DNA of 64,000 nucleotides from Antedon mediterranea (lineage: Eukaryota; Animalia; Echinodermata): positions 16,266,101-16,330,100 of the forward strand of contig NC_092677.1 of the NCBI RefSeq assembly GCF_964355755.1, read 5' to 3'. The position numbers and the translations under genes were made by a program. Positions 1 to 13,100 of the stretch are shown piece after piece (the first letter of the stretch is position 1; each line of letters begins with the position of its first letter). Below the pieces are notes generated by a model that was not told the origin of the DNA, did not search any database, and worked only from the letters and a program-made list of their open reading frames with translations.

Positions 1-487
1 AAAAACCTTCACCAACAGAACAAAGATTTATTTAAATGTTTATAAATGAATGTAGAAATAAAAAGAAGGGTTACATTTATTACCAAAATAAGATCAATTC
101 ATTTTAGAGCAGTATGTACATTCATTTAATGATAGTGACATTGGACAGAAGAATGAAATATTTGTTCACTCAACCACATGACACAAGAAAATAGAGTAAG
201 CATAAACAAGACCATAGATTTCAGTAATTCTAACATACAGTACAAACAGTACAACATTACTTATAAATACAGTACTACAGTATACATACTGCTAAACTAT
301 TATGCAACAAAAGATATGAAGGTAAAGAAAGAGTACCAAAGGAACGAAGAATATAGTACATTGCTACTATATAAACATCATAAATACAAGAGTTCATTGC
401 AAAAACAACAAAGTATATAACGTTACAATTGAGTGAAAATAGCAATACTAATTTTCTTAGCATACTATATCACCATAGACTATCTAA

Positions 488-603
488 AGCTTTGTCTACA
501 CTATCAAAGTAGTTGTGATGTGCCCAAATATGGTAGTGATATGACATCATCATGTCCATATATATGGACACATCACATAAAGTTTGATAGCGTAGACAGA
601 GCC
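488..603. mobile_element. Palindromic MITE family A (PIF/Harbinger-like)
   Basis: TIR AGCTTTGTCTACACTATCAAA / TTTGATAGCGTAGACAGAGCC, flanked by TAA on both sides. Confidence 0.75.
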
Positions 604-657
604 TAATACAGAATGAAGGAACACTATATATAGTCTATGCTCAACTTTTATATATAC

Positions 658-684
658 CTTTTTAGTAGCAGACACTGGTTTCTC
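658..684 (-). CDS. HYDIN: Candidate 27-nt in-frame HYDIN microexon (EKPVSATKK)
   Basis: Minus strand reads gacttctcag|GAGAAACCAGTGTCTGCTACTAAAAAG|gtatat. Phase 0/0, and compatible with the upstream exon ending ...DKDKKK at 1171. Confidence 0.5.
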
Positions 685-894
685 CTGAGAAGTCAATTTC
701 TAAATTTTATTGAGAAACTAACGATTAATTTAATTTCATAATTCACAGGTGTGTAATATAGATATTTATATAACACCTATATAAATTCCTGTCATTTGAT
801 TGGACGAATGTGGGTCACATGGCGTGCAATAGTACGCACTATTCAACGATCGTTAAATAGTACTTTTTGAAACATTTTTGTTTGTTATTTAGAT

Positions 895-1072
895 GTTATA
901 TAAAACAAATAATGAATGTTTTTTTATTCGTGTAATGGTACAAATAATGGCACTTGGTGAATGATGAAAGGTTATATCAACTCGGCTTTGCCTCGTTGAT
1001 ATAACCTTTCATCATTCACCTCGTGCCATTATTTGTACCATTGCACTCATAAACATTCATTATTTGTATAAC
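895..1072. repeat. Long imperfect palindrome (arms about 80 bp, CTCGGCTTTGCCTCG loop), probable non-autonomous element
   Basis: ...GGTACAAATAATGGCAC..GGTGAATGATGAAAGGTTATATCAAC / GTTGATATAACCTTTCATCATTCACC..GTGCCATTATTTGTACC... are reverse complements. Confidence 0.8.
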
Positions 1073-1170
1073 AACACTTAGAAGGTGTACATTTTTCAAC
1101 TATTTGTATATCCACAATGCTATATACAAAGTATAATTTCAACCGATAGAATATCCTAACCACTACTAAC

Positions 1171-4100
1171 CTTTTTCTTATCTTTATCAGATGGCAATGA
1201 TGACCATTCACATCGCACATGTTGGTTGTTATGTAACTGGACAGTGATGACCTTACACTGACCGCACTGGACTTCACCAAACTCTAAGGAGTCGGTGGAA
1301 ATCTGCATGTCAGGCATAGTAACATTGGCTTTCAACCTCAAGTGTAAAGATGGCCCGTTAACAATCTAGTTGAGAAGACAAATGAATATTGTAATACAAA
1401 GTTAAGTAATACATGTTTTACTTTTGCACAATTATCTTATATATATAATTATTTTAGTTAATTCAAGAAAAAAATAACTCTACCATAACTGGAACCAAAG
1501 CTTCAAGCACTCCAAGATTCACATTTCCACCTCTAGGGTCAAAACTGACTCTGAAGTCCACTGTCTCATGGTCTGGTGATCCTGGTAGCTGTCTGACCCG
1601 GTCAAGCTCTACATTAAACCCAGTAGCAACTAGAGCGCTTCGGTCAACAGAAAAGGACACAGGAAAATAACCAGTGTTAGTAGCTCTAACAATATGTGTG
1701 CGAACAGTTCCCAGGACAACATATCCAAAATCTAAGAAGTAGTCTGGTAACCGTGCCCTGGAATCAATGATTAAACAAAGGTTAATGTATTGGTAGATGT
1801 ATACAGGTAGATAGATAATTATGAACTAAATAGGAATATTTAAAAGTAGTATATGAATGAGTTACTGTAGGTACCCTGGATGCAATACAAGGTACTCAGG
1901 ATAAACATCAATTACCCTGGATACAACAATAGGTACCCTGGATACAACAATAGGTACCCTGGATACAACAATAGGTAACCTGGATGCAATACAAGGTACT
2001 CAGGATAAACATCAATTACCCTGGATACAACAATAGGTACCCTGGATACAACAATAGGTACCCTGGATACAACAATAGGTACCCTGGATACAATAATAGG
2101 TAACCTGGATACAATACAAGGTACTCAGGATAAACATCAATTACTCTGGATACAATAGGTACCCTGGATACAACAATAGGTACCCTGGATACAATAATAG
2201 GTACCCTGGATACAATAAGAGGTACCCTGGATACAATACAAGGTACTCAGGATAAACATCAATTACTCTGGATACAACAATAGGTACTCTGGATACAATA
2301 ATAGGTACCCTGGATACAATACCGGGTACCCTAGATATGGCAGTGTACACAACCCCAGATACCCTGGGTACAACAACAAGAGCCCTGGATACTACACCAG
2401 GAGACTTAAATAACACACAAAGAGACCTGGATAAAAAACCAGGTATTCTTTTTCTATTGTATTTACTTAGGTTTTTTAGGCTTCTTGCTTCGATTTGTCA
2501 AACTTGTGTTCAAGGCTGTACGAGGTGTTTGTCCACTTCTAACATCTTGTGTGACCGATGGTGGAACTGGTTCACGGTTGTGATTGTTTTGTTGCTGTTC
2601 AATTGAAAACTCTTTTACCATTAATCTTTCAACCTCCATCTGGAGCTCAAGCTCAGAGGGAAATTCAGCCTGCAACTGCAGATAAAACAATCGGTGCTTA
2701 TATAAGTTGGGTGTAGAGATCAAACAAATACTTAATAATAAAATATACAGTATCCGAAAATGATAATGAAACTACTTTGGTGCATAAAACTTACCTGCAT
2801 TGAGCATATAGATTTCGCATCTTCTTGGACTGGATCTCTGGGAGTCACGATAAGCTGAGGTGTAGTGGTCCTTTCCGTTTTATCCAACTTCTTGCTCTCA
2901 TCTCTGCCAAGATTTTCCTTTGCTTCCTTTAACAGTTCAGTGTACTTCCCTTCAAGATCTGCAAACCTGGGCAGGTCGATAGAAACACGTGGAAATACGC
3001 CCTCTCCACATAAGTTGATACAATCTGGTTCAAAGTGAGCCACCTGGATCTCAAAGCTTTTATGGAATTTAGATGGAATACCGGGCAGAAACTTTATGGT
3101 AAGACGTTGTTCACTATGCGCTTCAATGTGACCGGAGTTCGGGATCATTACCGGCACACCAGCAGCAGGGCGTTTTATGAATGCTGGATCCATGTTGGCA
3201 TTAAAATCAAAGCCAACTTTCCCAGAATTCCTTAGAACAATCTCAGCCTCGCTTACTTGATCATACAGCTGAAAAAGAAGATTGCTTTTATGATAATTTT
3301 TGCCTAAATAGAATGAAAAAAAAAAAAGAACATGAGTGTATAGCATAAATGAATAATAAGCAGTGAAAACAGATGTGTCTTGAAGGTGTCCTCTTTGTTC
3401 TGCTGTATAAAATGTAGATAAAGCTATTTCAATTACTTACCCTTTTTCCAAAGTCAATATCTTTAGAATCAAATTCATAGGAAACTAGAGAAGCTTCTCC
3501 TTTTAAGTTGAGTTCATACTGCGGTCCTCCTTCAACATCACAGAGAGCCTTGGCCTGACTACCTATGTCAGTATGTCCGTAGAATGTAAATGTAACAGTG
3601 TCCGACTCTCCGGGCATTAGGCAACCATAGAGAGGCAGAATATCAAAAACCTGAAAGTGAATTAGGTATTTATGTGACATTTACTAAATGAAAACCACCC
3701 AACCCTTCAAACAATTATTTCCTGTGCACAAAAGGATTTTGATATCAATATTATTAAAAAAGAATATGGGATAGTAGATGTGTGGATTGTGGGGAGAATA
3801 TCCGCATTGCCTACATTTCCAGTAGGATGAAAGACTTTACCTCTTCAATGCCCACTACAGTAGGCTCTGTGATAGTCTGAATATAGGCAAGCTTTGCTTT
3901 CCTCTTCCTAGCCACACTGGCAGGGCGGATAGACAGTCTGCTGGCTACTGGCTTGTCAGGTATGACCTCATTCACTGTTGGCTCAAACGTTTCTTGTGAA
4001 GTCTCAACCATGCTGATTACTTCCTCCTTTTCTTCATCCTTCTTATCAGGAGTCATCTTGCTTGATTTACCAGATTTTCCACTTTTACTTGTGGATTTTC

Positions 4101-7100
4101 TTGGACTTTTTTTCGCTACTTTCTTCTTTTCGTTCATCTCACTATCATCTTTCTTTTCTTTCTTTTCATGGTCTTTCTTCTCACTTTTCTTCTCAATCTC
4201 TCCTTTATCTTCCGTTGGTATAATCAAATCTTTAGATTCAACATCAGTAGTCTGATGCAAGGAAAGAGACAAAAAGAATTGAATTCAAACTTATTAAATA
4301 CACAAGGAGGCAAACTAACATTTAATGTGATGGGAACATTTTTGTAGGATAAAAAAGAATTGAGACATACTATAATTAGTTCCTCTGTGTTCTGGTGTTC
4401 CTCCTCAATGGCATTCTCATTGTTTTCATTTAGTAGGTCTTCTGTTATTATCGGTGGTTGGTCCCTTACTGGTATATCTTCTATGTTCTCCTCCTCTTCT
4501 ACCAATTCTTGAGGTACTGGTTGTGGATACAAAACTATTGGTTGCTCTGGTTCCAGAAATGACCATCGGTACCTTTAGAATCGAAATGTATAAATTACAA
4601 ATTATAACTTACTAGACAAGTACAACATTTCAATCTGTTTGGACACCAATAGAAAAAAAAATAAGCCATCACAAACAATTGACATACAAACATTGGGGTA
4701 TGCCAACTGGTATAAAAGATATCAAGACCTCTGGAAGTAACATGCTTTCTTCCAGCAACAGCAACCATGACTGACTATAATTATGTATTGCTAACACTCA
4801 ATAACAACAACGCATTCCTTACCGTACAGGCATTGGACTATCATTTGAAATGTTCACATAGCGTGTAACCTCTGTGTCATTTAATATACATCCAAAATCA
4901 ACATCCATCTTGTCAAATGTTAAATTGGGGAAGAAAACTTCACCTCGAAGGCTGATGTAATCCTAAAAGAAAAAATTGGTTTTGTAAGACATGTATCAAA
5001 TACATTCATCCACAAAACCAATCACGGTTGTGAAGCTTTCTTTCTATTTTCTGAATTTAAATACTAAACATGTGGAAGACATTGAAACATCTTCAGCTAA
5101 TTGGCTATTCTCATCTTGTGGAGTACAGGTCAAATATAAATTACAGTTTTCGTAAAACTTATAAACATATATATGGTAAGGAACGAGATTAGAGTATATT
5201 TTCTTCAATCAAAACTTATGGAATTTTCAATTACTGTTTATATGATTATATAAATTACTGCTTTATCTATGTTCACTTTAATATCTTTTTTTCTATTTTG
5301 TATATATTCATTCATTATTATCTAAATAAATATTATCTGAATCTGAATCTATAGTTTTTCATATGGGATTAAACTGGGCCGCTAATTACTCTTAGAATAT
5401 ACAGTATTAAAGACTCTCAAATGTGTAAGAGATCAGACCTAAGGCATCAGACCACAAGAGGTACACTTACAACATGTGGATGCTCCAGATAGCTGACAGT
5501 CAAGACTTTCTCTGTCAGTCTTGAGTGTGAATCTTCCTCATAAGCAGGATCAAATTGTACTGTCAACTTGTGATGCTCTCCGACACCAACAGCAATTTCC
5601 TTGACAAAGGAAAAAACGAGGAAAAAATTGAAATTACAAAGATACTCTCATACAAATAATTATAACTACTAGACTGTCACTAGGTCAAAATGTCATAAAT
5701 ATGTTTGTAATTGATATGCAATCGCAAAATAAAATTCATATAAGTAGCTACATCTTTTTGCAAATTGCTGACATAACCTAATGACCGCAATTGCACATAC
5801 ATGTTTGGTTTATAATGTTTATTTGTATGCGGTTTAAGTTGACTGCACCACTAATGAGTGTGTTGCCAATGATCCAAAAGTGTTTGTCAATAAAGTTTAC
5901 TGCACTGGGAAGGTTTGAAACATTCTAAAAGTATCTGCCGTCTTGGATTCTATCTGGTGTCCAAAATTCTTTCGTAGTGTTATATATTTTTAATAGTTTA
6001 AAAAAAGAAAAAGAATATAAAAACATACATAGAATTCAAAAGAAATTGATGATGATATTTAATTCCATGTTATGTATTTTTTTAATGTATGTATTATGAA
6101 TATTGAATAAAAAAAAACAAAAAACAACCTAATATCAAAAAGTTAGTTATGCATAATGTCTTACCATTGTTGAGACCTGTTCACCATTTGTATTGATTAA
6201 ATGGAAAGGGTATTCAAGGTGTATAACAGTAGTGAGTGGAAGTGATGAGACATTAGAAAACTCAAGTTCACCAAATTGCTTCTCCAGAACATCATCGGGA
6301 TGCTGTTAAAAATGAAAATATTAGCTTATTAATGCAGGAGAACCCATATGACATTAAAGGGGCACATTTGCGTACCAAATAAAGTGGAATAGGAGTTTCC
6401 CCTGAATAGGGATTGGCCGTAGTGTTACAACCTGTATTGCTCTCTGCTCGTAAACAGGTATGTCCAAAAGAATGGGTTTTACTGTATTAAGCATCTACAT
6501 GAGTTACTATTAATTCAGATCAGTGAATCTCATAAGTCAAGTGGTACAAACCAGCCATTTTGTGTCCTTTTCATCACAATTAATACTAATGTATGCGAAT
6601 AATTATTAATATCATTACTGGTAATTTCTAAGCATAATGGAGTATTCAGCAAAGAATATTACACATTTTTAAACAAAGTTACACAACCTAGAGTCAAATA
6701 AGAAATTTATACATATAATTAAAGTTTCATTATACAGTACCTTATCCACTCGAAAGGCAACTTGTTTAGATGAAAACTCCAGCAAAGGACTGATGAAATT
6801 AATAGATACATCAGTCTTTATTATCCTTTCTTTACCACTTGATTTTCCAATGATAGCATGGCACAGAAGTCTCTCATTTACTACCTTTGGCCTTAAAAAA
6901 AACACCCAAAATGTGTTATATAAAGTTAAAATAGCTATACATTTTAGAGTTTGTACAGTTTCCTACTGCATGCACATGGGTTATCAAAATGACCAAAATT
7001 GTACTGGTAACTACATTTGAAAAACCCCTATGAAGGGGATGGGTGGGAGAGTGAGGGAAGGGGTTTAAAGAATATCAAAATGACTTAAGTAGTTTTAAAC

Positions 7101-10100
7101 TACATTTGAAACACCCCTATGAAGGGGATGGGTGGGAGAGTGAGGGAAGGGGTTTAAAGAATATCAAAATGACTTAAGTAGTTTTAAACTACATTTGAAA
7201 CACCCCTATGAAGGGGATGGGTGGGAGAGTGAGGGAAGGGGTTTAAAGAATATCAAAATGACTTAAGTAGTTTTAAACTACATTTAAAACACCCCTATGA
7301 AGGGGATGGGTGGGAGAGTGAGGGAAGGGGTTTAAAGAATATCAAAATGACTTAAGTAGTTTTAAACTACATTTGAAACACCCCTTTGAAGGGGATGGGT
7401 GGGAGAGTGAGGGAAGGGGTTTAAAGAATATCAAAATGACTTAAGTAGTTTTAAACTACATTTGAAACACCCCTATGAAGGGGATGGGTGGGAGAGTGAG
7501 GGAAGGGGTTTAAAGAATATCAAAATGACTTAAGTAGTTTTAAACTACATTTGAAACACCCCTATGAAGGGGATGGGTGGGAGAGTGAGGGAAGGGGTTT
7601 AAAGAATATCAAAATGACTTAAGTAGTTTTAAACTACATTTAAAACACCCCTATGAAGGGGATGGGTGGGAGAGTGAGGGAAGGGGTTTAAAGAATATCA
7701 AAATGACTTAAGTAGTTTTAAACTACATTTGAAACACCCCTTTGAAGGGGATGGGTGGGAGAGTGAGGGAAGGGGTTTAAAGAATATCAAAATGACTTAA
7801 GTAGTTTTAAACTACATTTGAAACACCCCTATGAAGGGGATGGGTGGGAGAGTGAGGGAAGGGGTTTAAAGAATATCAAAATGACTTAAGTAGTTTTAAA
7901 CTACATTTGAAACACCCCTATGAAGGGGATGGGTGGGAGAGTGAGGGAAGGGGTTTAAAGAATATCAAAATGACTTAAGTAGTTTTAAACTACATTTGAA
8001 ACACCCCTATGAAGGGGATGGGTGGGAGAGTGAGGGAAGGGGTTTAAAGAATATCAAAATGACTTAAGTAGTTTTAAACTACATTTGAAACACCCCTATG
8101 AAGGGGATGGGTGGGAGAGTGAGGGAAGGGGTTTAAAGAATATCAAAATGACTTAAGTAGTTTTAAACTACATTTGAAACACCCCTTTGAAGGGGATGGG
8201 TGGGAGAGTGAGGGAAGGGGTTTAAAGAATATCAAAATGACTTAAGTAGTTTTAAACTACATTTGAAACACCCCTATGAAGGGGATGGGTGGGAGAGTGA
8301 GGGAAGGGGTTTAAAGAATATCAAAATGACTTAAGTAGTTTTAAACTACATTTGGGGTTGTTGGGAGGGTTAGCAATGATTGGGATAAATGTGGTTTGAA
8401 TTCTATATAAATATTTTTTAACAGTGACAAAATAATCATGACTATTCATTGTATTCATATTGTTTATAACTTAGTTTAGTTTATATATTTATAAATCTAG
8501 AATTAGAGTTTCTAACATGTTAACACATTAAAAAAATGTTTTTGTTAAATTTAGACATTAAGAAATCTATCTGTAGATGTTTTGACAAAGAAGCCTACAA
8601 ATTAAGCTTGACAGATTGATAGATAGTTAAAATCTTACTCATCACAACAGCCTTCCAATACAAGGTCAATGCTCTGGCCAGGATCTAATTCAAACCTAGA
8701 CGGAATCAGCTTAAACACTGGCCTTGGTGGAGGTTGTGGCGCTGGCATACGCTAGAACAAAAATAAATGAAAAAGTTGAAAAAAAAAAAATAAATATGAT
8801 ATAGATAAAATAAACACCTGGAAAGTACTTGGCTGTTCAATTAACTTATAACAGTTATTACATAATGACAAAATGCATAATTTTGATATAATTTGGATGG
8901 CAATTACAAACTCCATAAGCAACAAAAGTAAAAATATTGCTACGCTGCATGCCGTATCAATGCAATAGCATATATTCAAGGTACTACTCAACTTGGTAGA
9001 ATAAGTATTCTTGGATTCTAGGGTCTTAAAATTGGTGGTCCAGTGCAGTGTACACATCTGACTCATATGCACTATAAAGAACCCAGTGCATCTTTTGGAA
9101 GACTAGGGGGTTTACCCAGGTGTAGAGGTCAGTCCCTGACATTCATGGTAGTAGGTGCTGCACCGTGGCTGATGTGGGTCCGTAGAGGACTAATCCGAAT
9201 TTTCTCATATTATTAATTCAAATACAAATAGTTGGCACAGCCTGGAGCTCTTGAAAGTAGGGTTTAGTTTAAAGATGCTGGAGAGAATCTCCTATTATAC
9301 TGTTATGGTCTTAACTCTACAGTAATGCAGAAGATGTTTATCGCAAGCCTCTTGAATATCTTACCTGGTATTTTACATCTTTGGGGTTATAAAATGCATC
9401 TTTATGCTTGGTCTTGATGTGAGGAAATCCTTCTGAACTCCAGAACATTTGCTGGTGTCTTCTTCCTTTATTCGTCAATGTGAACATCCTCTTGCAGGAA
9501 CTATTGCTGTTGGTTAAACAAAAAAATGATTAACTCTACTAGATAGTTAAATACTCATGTCGAATTTAAAGTACCACACAAAATTATATCAATGACACCA
9601 TATAATAAGCTCATTATTTCCTTTCTACATAAAATTTGGGTTTAGGAAAGAGCAAAAAAAAAAAAGAAACTTGGATTGGAATGAAAATTAATATAAATTT
9701 TATCAATTAAATTAAAAAGAATTCCCAGCCATACAATAATCGCCCATCCTCTAATTTAATGAGGTGATGGTTATCTTGGAACTACTGTTGTAAGTAACTA
9801 TTCTGTATAATACTGGACAACATTAGCAATAGCAGTATTAACTTTACCTGAAGTGATGTCCCAAGTTGATTGAAGGAGTAATCGGCGGGTTTGATACAAT
9901 TGTAGTGCCAAATCCAAAGGCTTCCAACTTCACAACATGCACTTGGCTATTTACAAAGCTCATTGCCAGCTTATCATGAAATCTACGTATTGGTATAAAT
10001 ATTTAAATTGATGAATTGATTTTTTAATATAAAAACAAAAAGATGAATTCTCATTTACACTTACAAGCCTTATGGTTATTCTTCTTGTATTAGTAACAAT

Positions 10101-13100
10101 AGTATATAAGAATGGGCAAAACATAAATGTAGAAGGATCTGATATATCTAATTTCAGTGATATCGATTTGGTTCTTGCTTAATACAATAGCTTAAAAGCA
10201 TGGATTCACATACCTTATACAGTCATCTAAGTTCACAGTCACTTTAACTTGTAATGTTTCTTCCGGTGGGATAACACCACTAGCTGGCTCCACTTTCCAC
10301 AAGGAATTTGGTCTCACCTTTTAAAAATGAACATTTTTTTTATTGTATGTAATTCAAAATTCAAGAATATATCTTTATCAAAACAATCCTTAAAAAATTG
10401 TCCTATGGGAAGTACATTTTATCTTAAAGCTCTGTCTACACTATCAAACTTTATGTGACAAAAAAGTTTGATGTGCCCAACTATGGTAGTGATATGCCCA
10501 CATATAGTAGTGATATGACATCATCATTTCCATATATAGGCACAACACATTTTTTTTGTCACATAAAGTTTGATAGTGTGGACGGAGCTTAAGGATTTTT
10601 CTAATATTCTATTTCATGCACCTTATGTTTAAGGTGACACAGAATAGATTTATTGCTTGCAGTTTTTCAGTAGAAATTTGAATTAGAATATTACTTATCA
10701 TTTTATCAAATGCTCAATTGTTATATCTTGTGATAATTTGTATTCATTCTTTATTCATTAAAACAGATTAGTTTAAAGGCAAACTTTATGATTATTTCAG
10801 AGTGTTCATTAAATTTGCTAATTGGTCAATAAGTGCATGTCGTAATACCAAAGAGCATGAGAACTCTGCAGGAATAAGCGATTCATTGGAAAGTTCCACC
10901 ATCCTTGTAACGTCTGTTAACACTTGGGTCTGTCCCCAATCAATTGCATGTGGGGTCACATGTACTACTGGACCTTCCCCTATGCACATCAACTGAACTT
11001 GCTGTAAACAAAAATGATATTTAATCCTTTAAAAGTGTATTACTACTAATAAGAAAACAAAATGTTTGGCTTGATATGCAGATGGCAGACCACTAAGAAG
11101 GTGTGCGACATATTCTAGTATAATTGAATAGTAATTCCTATCCACAACATACTGTAGTACAGAGGAATAAATATATAAGCAATAAAAAATCATTATTAAA
11201 AGATTATTTGTTATACATTTTAAAGGAAAATAGAGACTTGTGTTGATTATGACAATAAATAATTTAATATCCACCTCAATCAATTCATGCTACATTCATT
11301 AATGTCTTCTTTAACAATTGTGTGCATTCTTTCTTATAATTTAAATATTTGCTGCAAGTATTGAACATGGATTCCCTCAACGAATGTCACATAAAGAAAT
11401 GTGCTCTAACAATGTTAAACATTTAGAAAGACTGCACTCAGTATATTGGTTTTAACTAAAAGACCTACCAGAGGTGATTCAGAGGAACCAAATATACCAA
11501 ACTCTGCAATGGCCTCTAGTTCTTCCAAGCCTTGTGGCTTGATTACAAGGGGTACTTTACTGACAGAGTGGGGATGTATGATACCAGTTGGCTCAGGACT
11601 TGTGTACAGAATCGCGGTTAAGTCGTCCATAACCTAAAGAAAAAGAGATAATTGGTTTGTATTTATATTATGCATATCACATGTACTAGAAGATTATCAT
11701 ATAATTGATAACCGCAGTGGACTAGCCCTTACAATTATTTTTATCCTCTAAAAATTCCTTTGTGCCAAGATGTGTTCATTTGTCTGTCTATGACAAGGGC
11801 TCCCAAGATGGATAAGTACAAAGGGTAACCCTCTTTAAAAAATATGAACTAGGTTCTTTAATGTGCACATGATTCAGATATGTACATTAGAACTTCAGTT
11901 TTACATCTTTATCCGAGAAGACTTGTTCTACTACCAGCAATGGGTCAAGGCGAGGTTTGAACCTGTGCCAATTTTATGGTCATGTTTGCAGCACCCTAGC
12001 CTTAACTGCTCAGCTACTAGACTCGATTCTAAGGTTTATACATTATGATAATATACTAAAATCATTGACTGTTCACATGAACCATTCATTTTTTTTAATG
12101 AAATAGATTTCAGATTCATTGCTCAAAATTTGAGATCAAACTTGGTTTTCCACAAACAGCTCAGTAGTTGCGTCAGCAAAAGAGGGCCATAACAACACTG
12201 TACTCATGTTCCATGATTATTTTCTGCAATCCACAAACTGGAATTTATTTTTAAGCTCTGTCTACACTATCAAACTAGTTTGAAAAAATGTGATTTGCTC
12301 TAATATGGTAGTGATATGATGTCATGGTGTCCATGGGCACATCATATTTTTTTGTCGCATAAAGTTTGATAGTGTAGACAGATCTTAAGTATAAATGTGG
12401 TTTTATTTGAGTGTAGAAAGCAGTGGTGACACTGTCAGATATTCAACAATTACCTGTGGAATTAGGTCATACTTGGCAGGCAGGTCAGAATCATTGAAAA
12501 GCTTAACTTCCTGTTCATACTGGAAATCCAGAAAGCATCGGGTGTAGTCCAGTATGGGAGTGACGACGACAACAGGAGGTACTACACATCTAAGTTCAAA
12601 GAAAAACATTGTAATTACAATAGTTGATGCTTACAAAACACAAAATCATTGGGCTGAAACAAAATGGCAGGTTCTATGGAAAGTCTGGTCTCCTTTCCAA
12701 TGGTGGTCAGAGAGAATTTGGGGCTATTGGAAGATTGGGAAAGTTTCAGGTTTTCAGGGAGCCTTGTTTTGGGACATTTGCATAAAGCAGCTATGACATA
12801 GTTACAACTTACATCCTGTTAATTCACTGCGACGACCTACAACACAATATGCCTATTCCGCAGGTCTTTAGTCATCACAAATCAGAAGCTTAATCATATT
12901 GCTTGAAAGGATTAGTAAATGAATGCAATATAGTAGTTATAACAACAATTTCTGCATTCGAATAAAGAAAACTTGAATGAATCAAATACAGTAGTAAGCA
13001 CTAGGAAAAACAATGAAAACCGTTGACAGCAGACAACATACTCATGCCTATTCCAATCGAAACATGCGGACATACTTAGCTGTGATTGGTAGAGAGAGTA

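Noticed and set aside
2141-2606. Repetitive ORFs (YPGYLLL / VSRVPII)
   Set aside because: Translation of the intronic 21-bp minisatellite.
3841-4572. Lys/Glu-rich HYDIN exons as a novel insertion
   Set aside because: As I recall, vertebrate HYDIN also has a variable low-complexity linker before GIEEVFDILP, so this is not clearly novel.
7008-8353. CRISPR-like regular repeat
   Set aside because: Units are fully identical with no unique spacers, the context is a eukaryotic intron and there are no cas genes.
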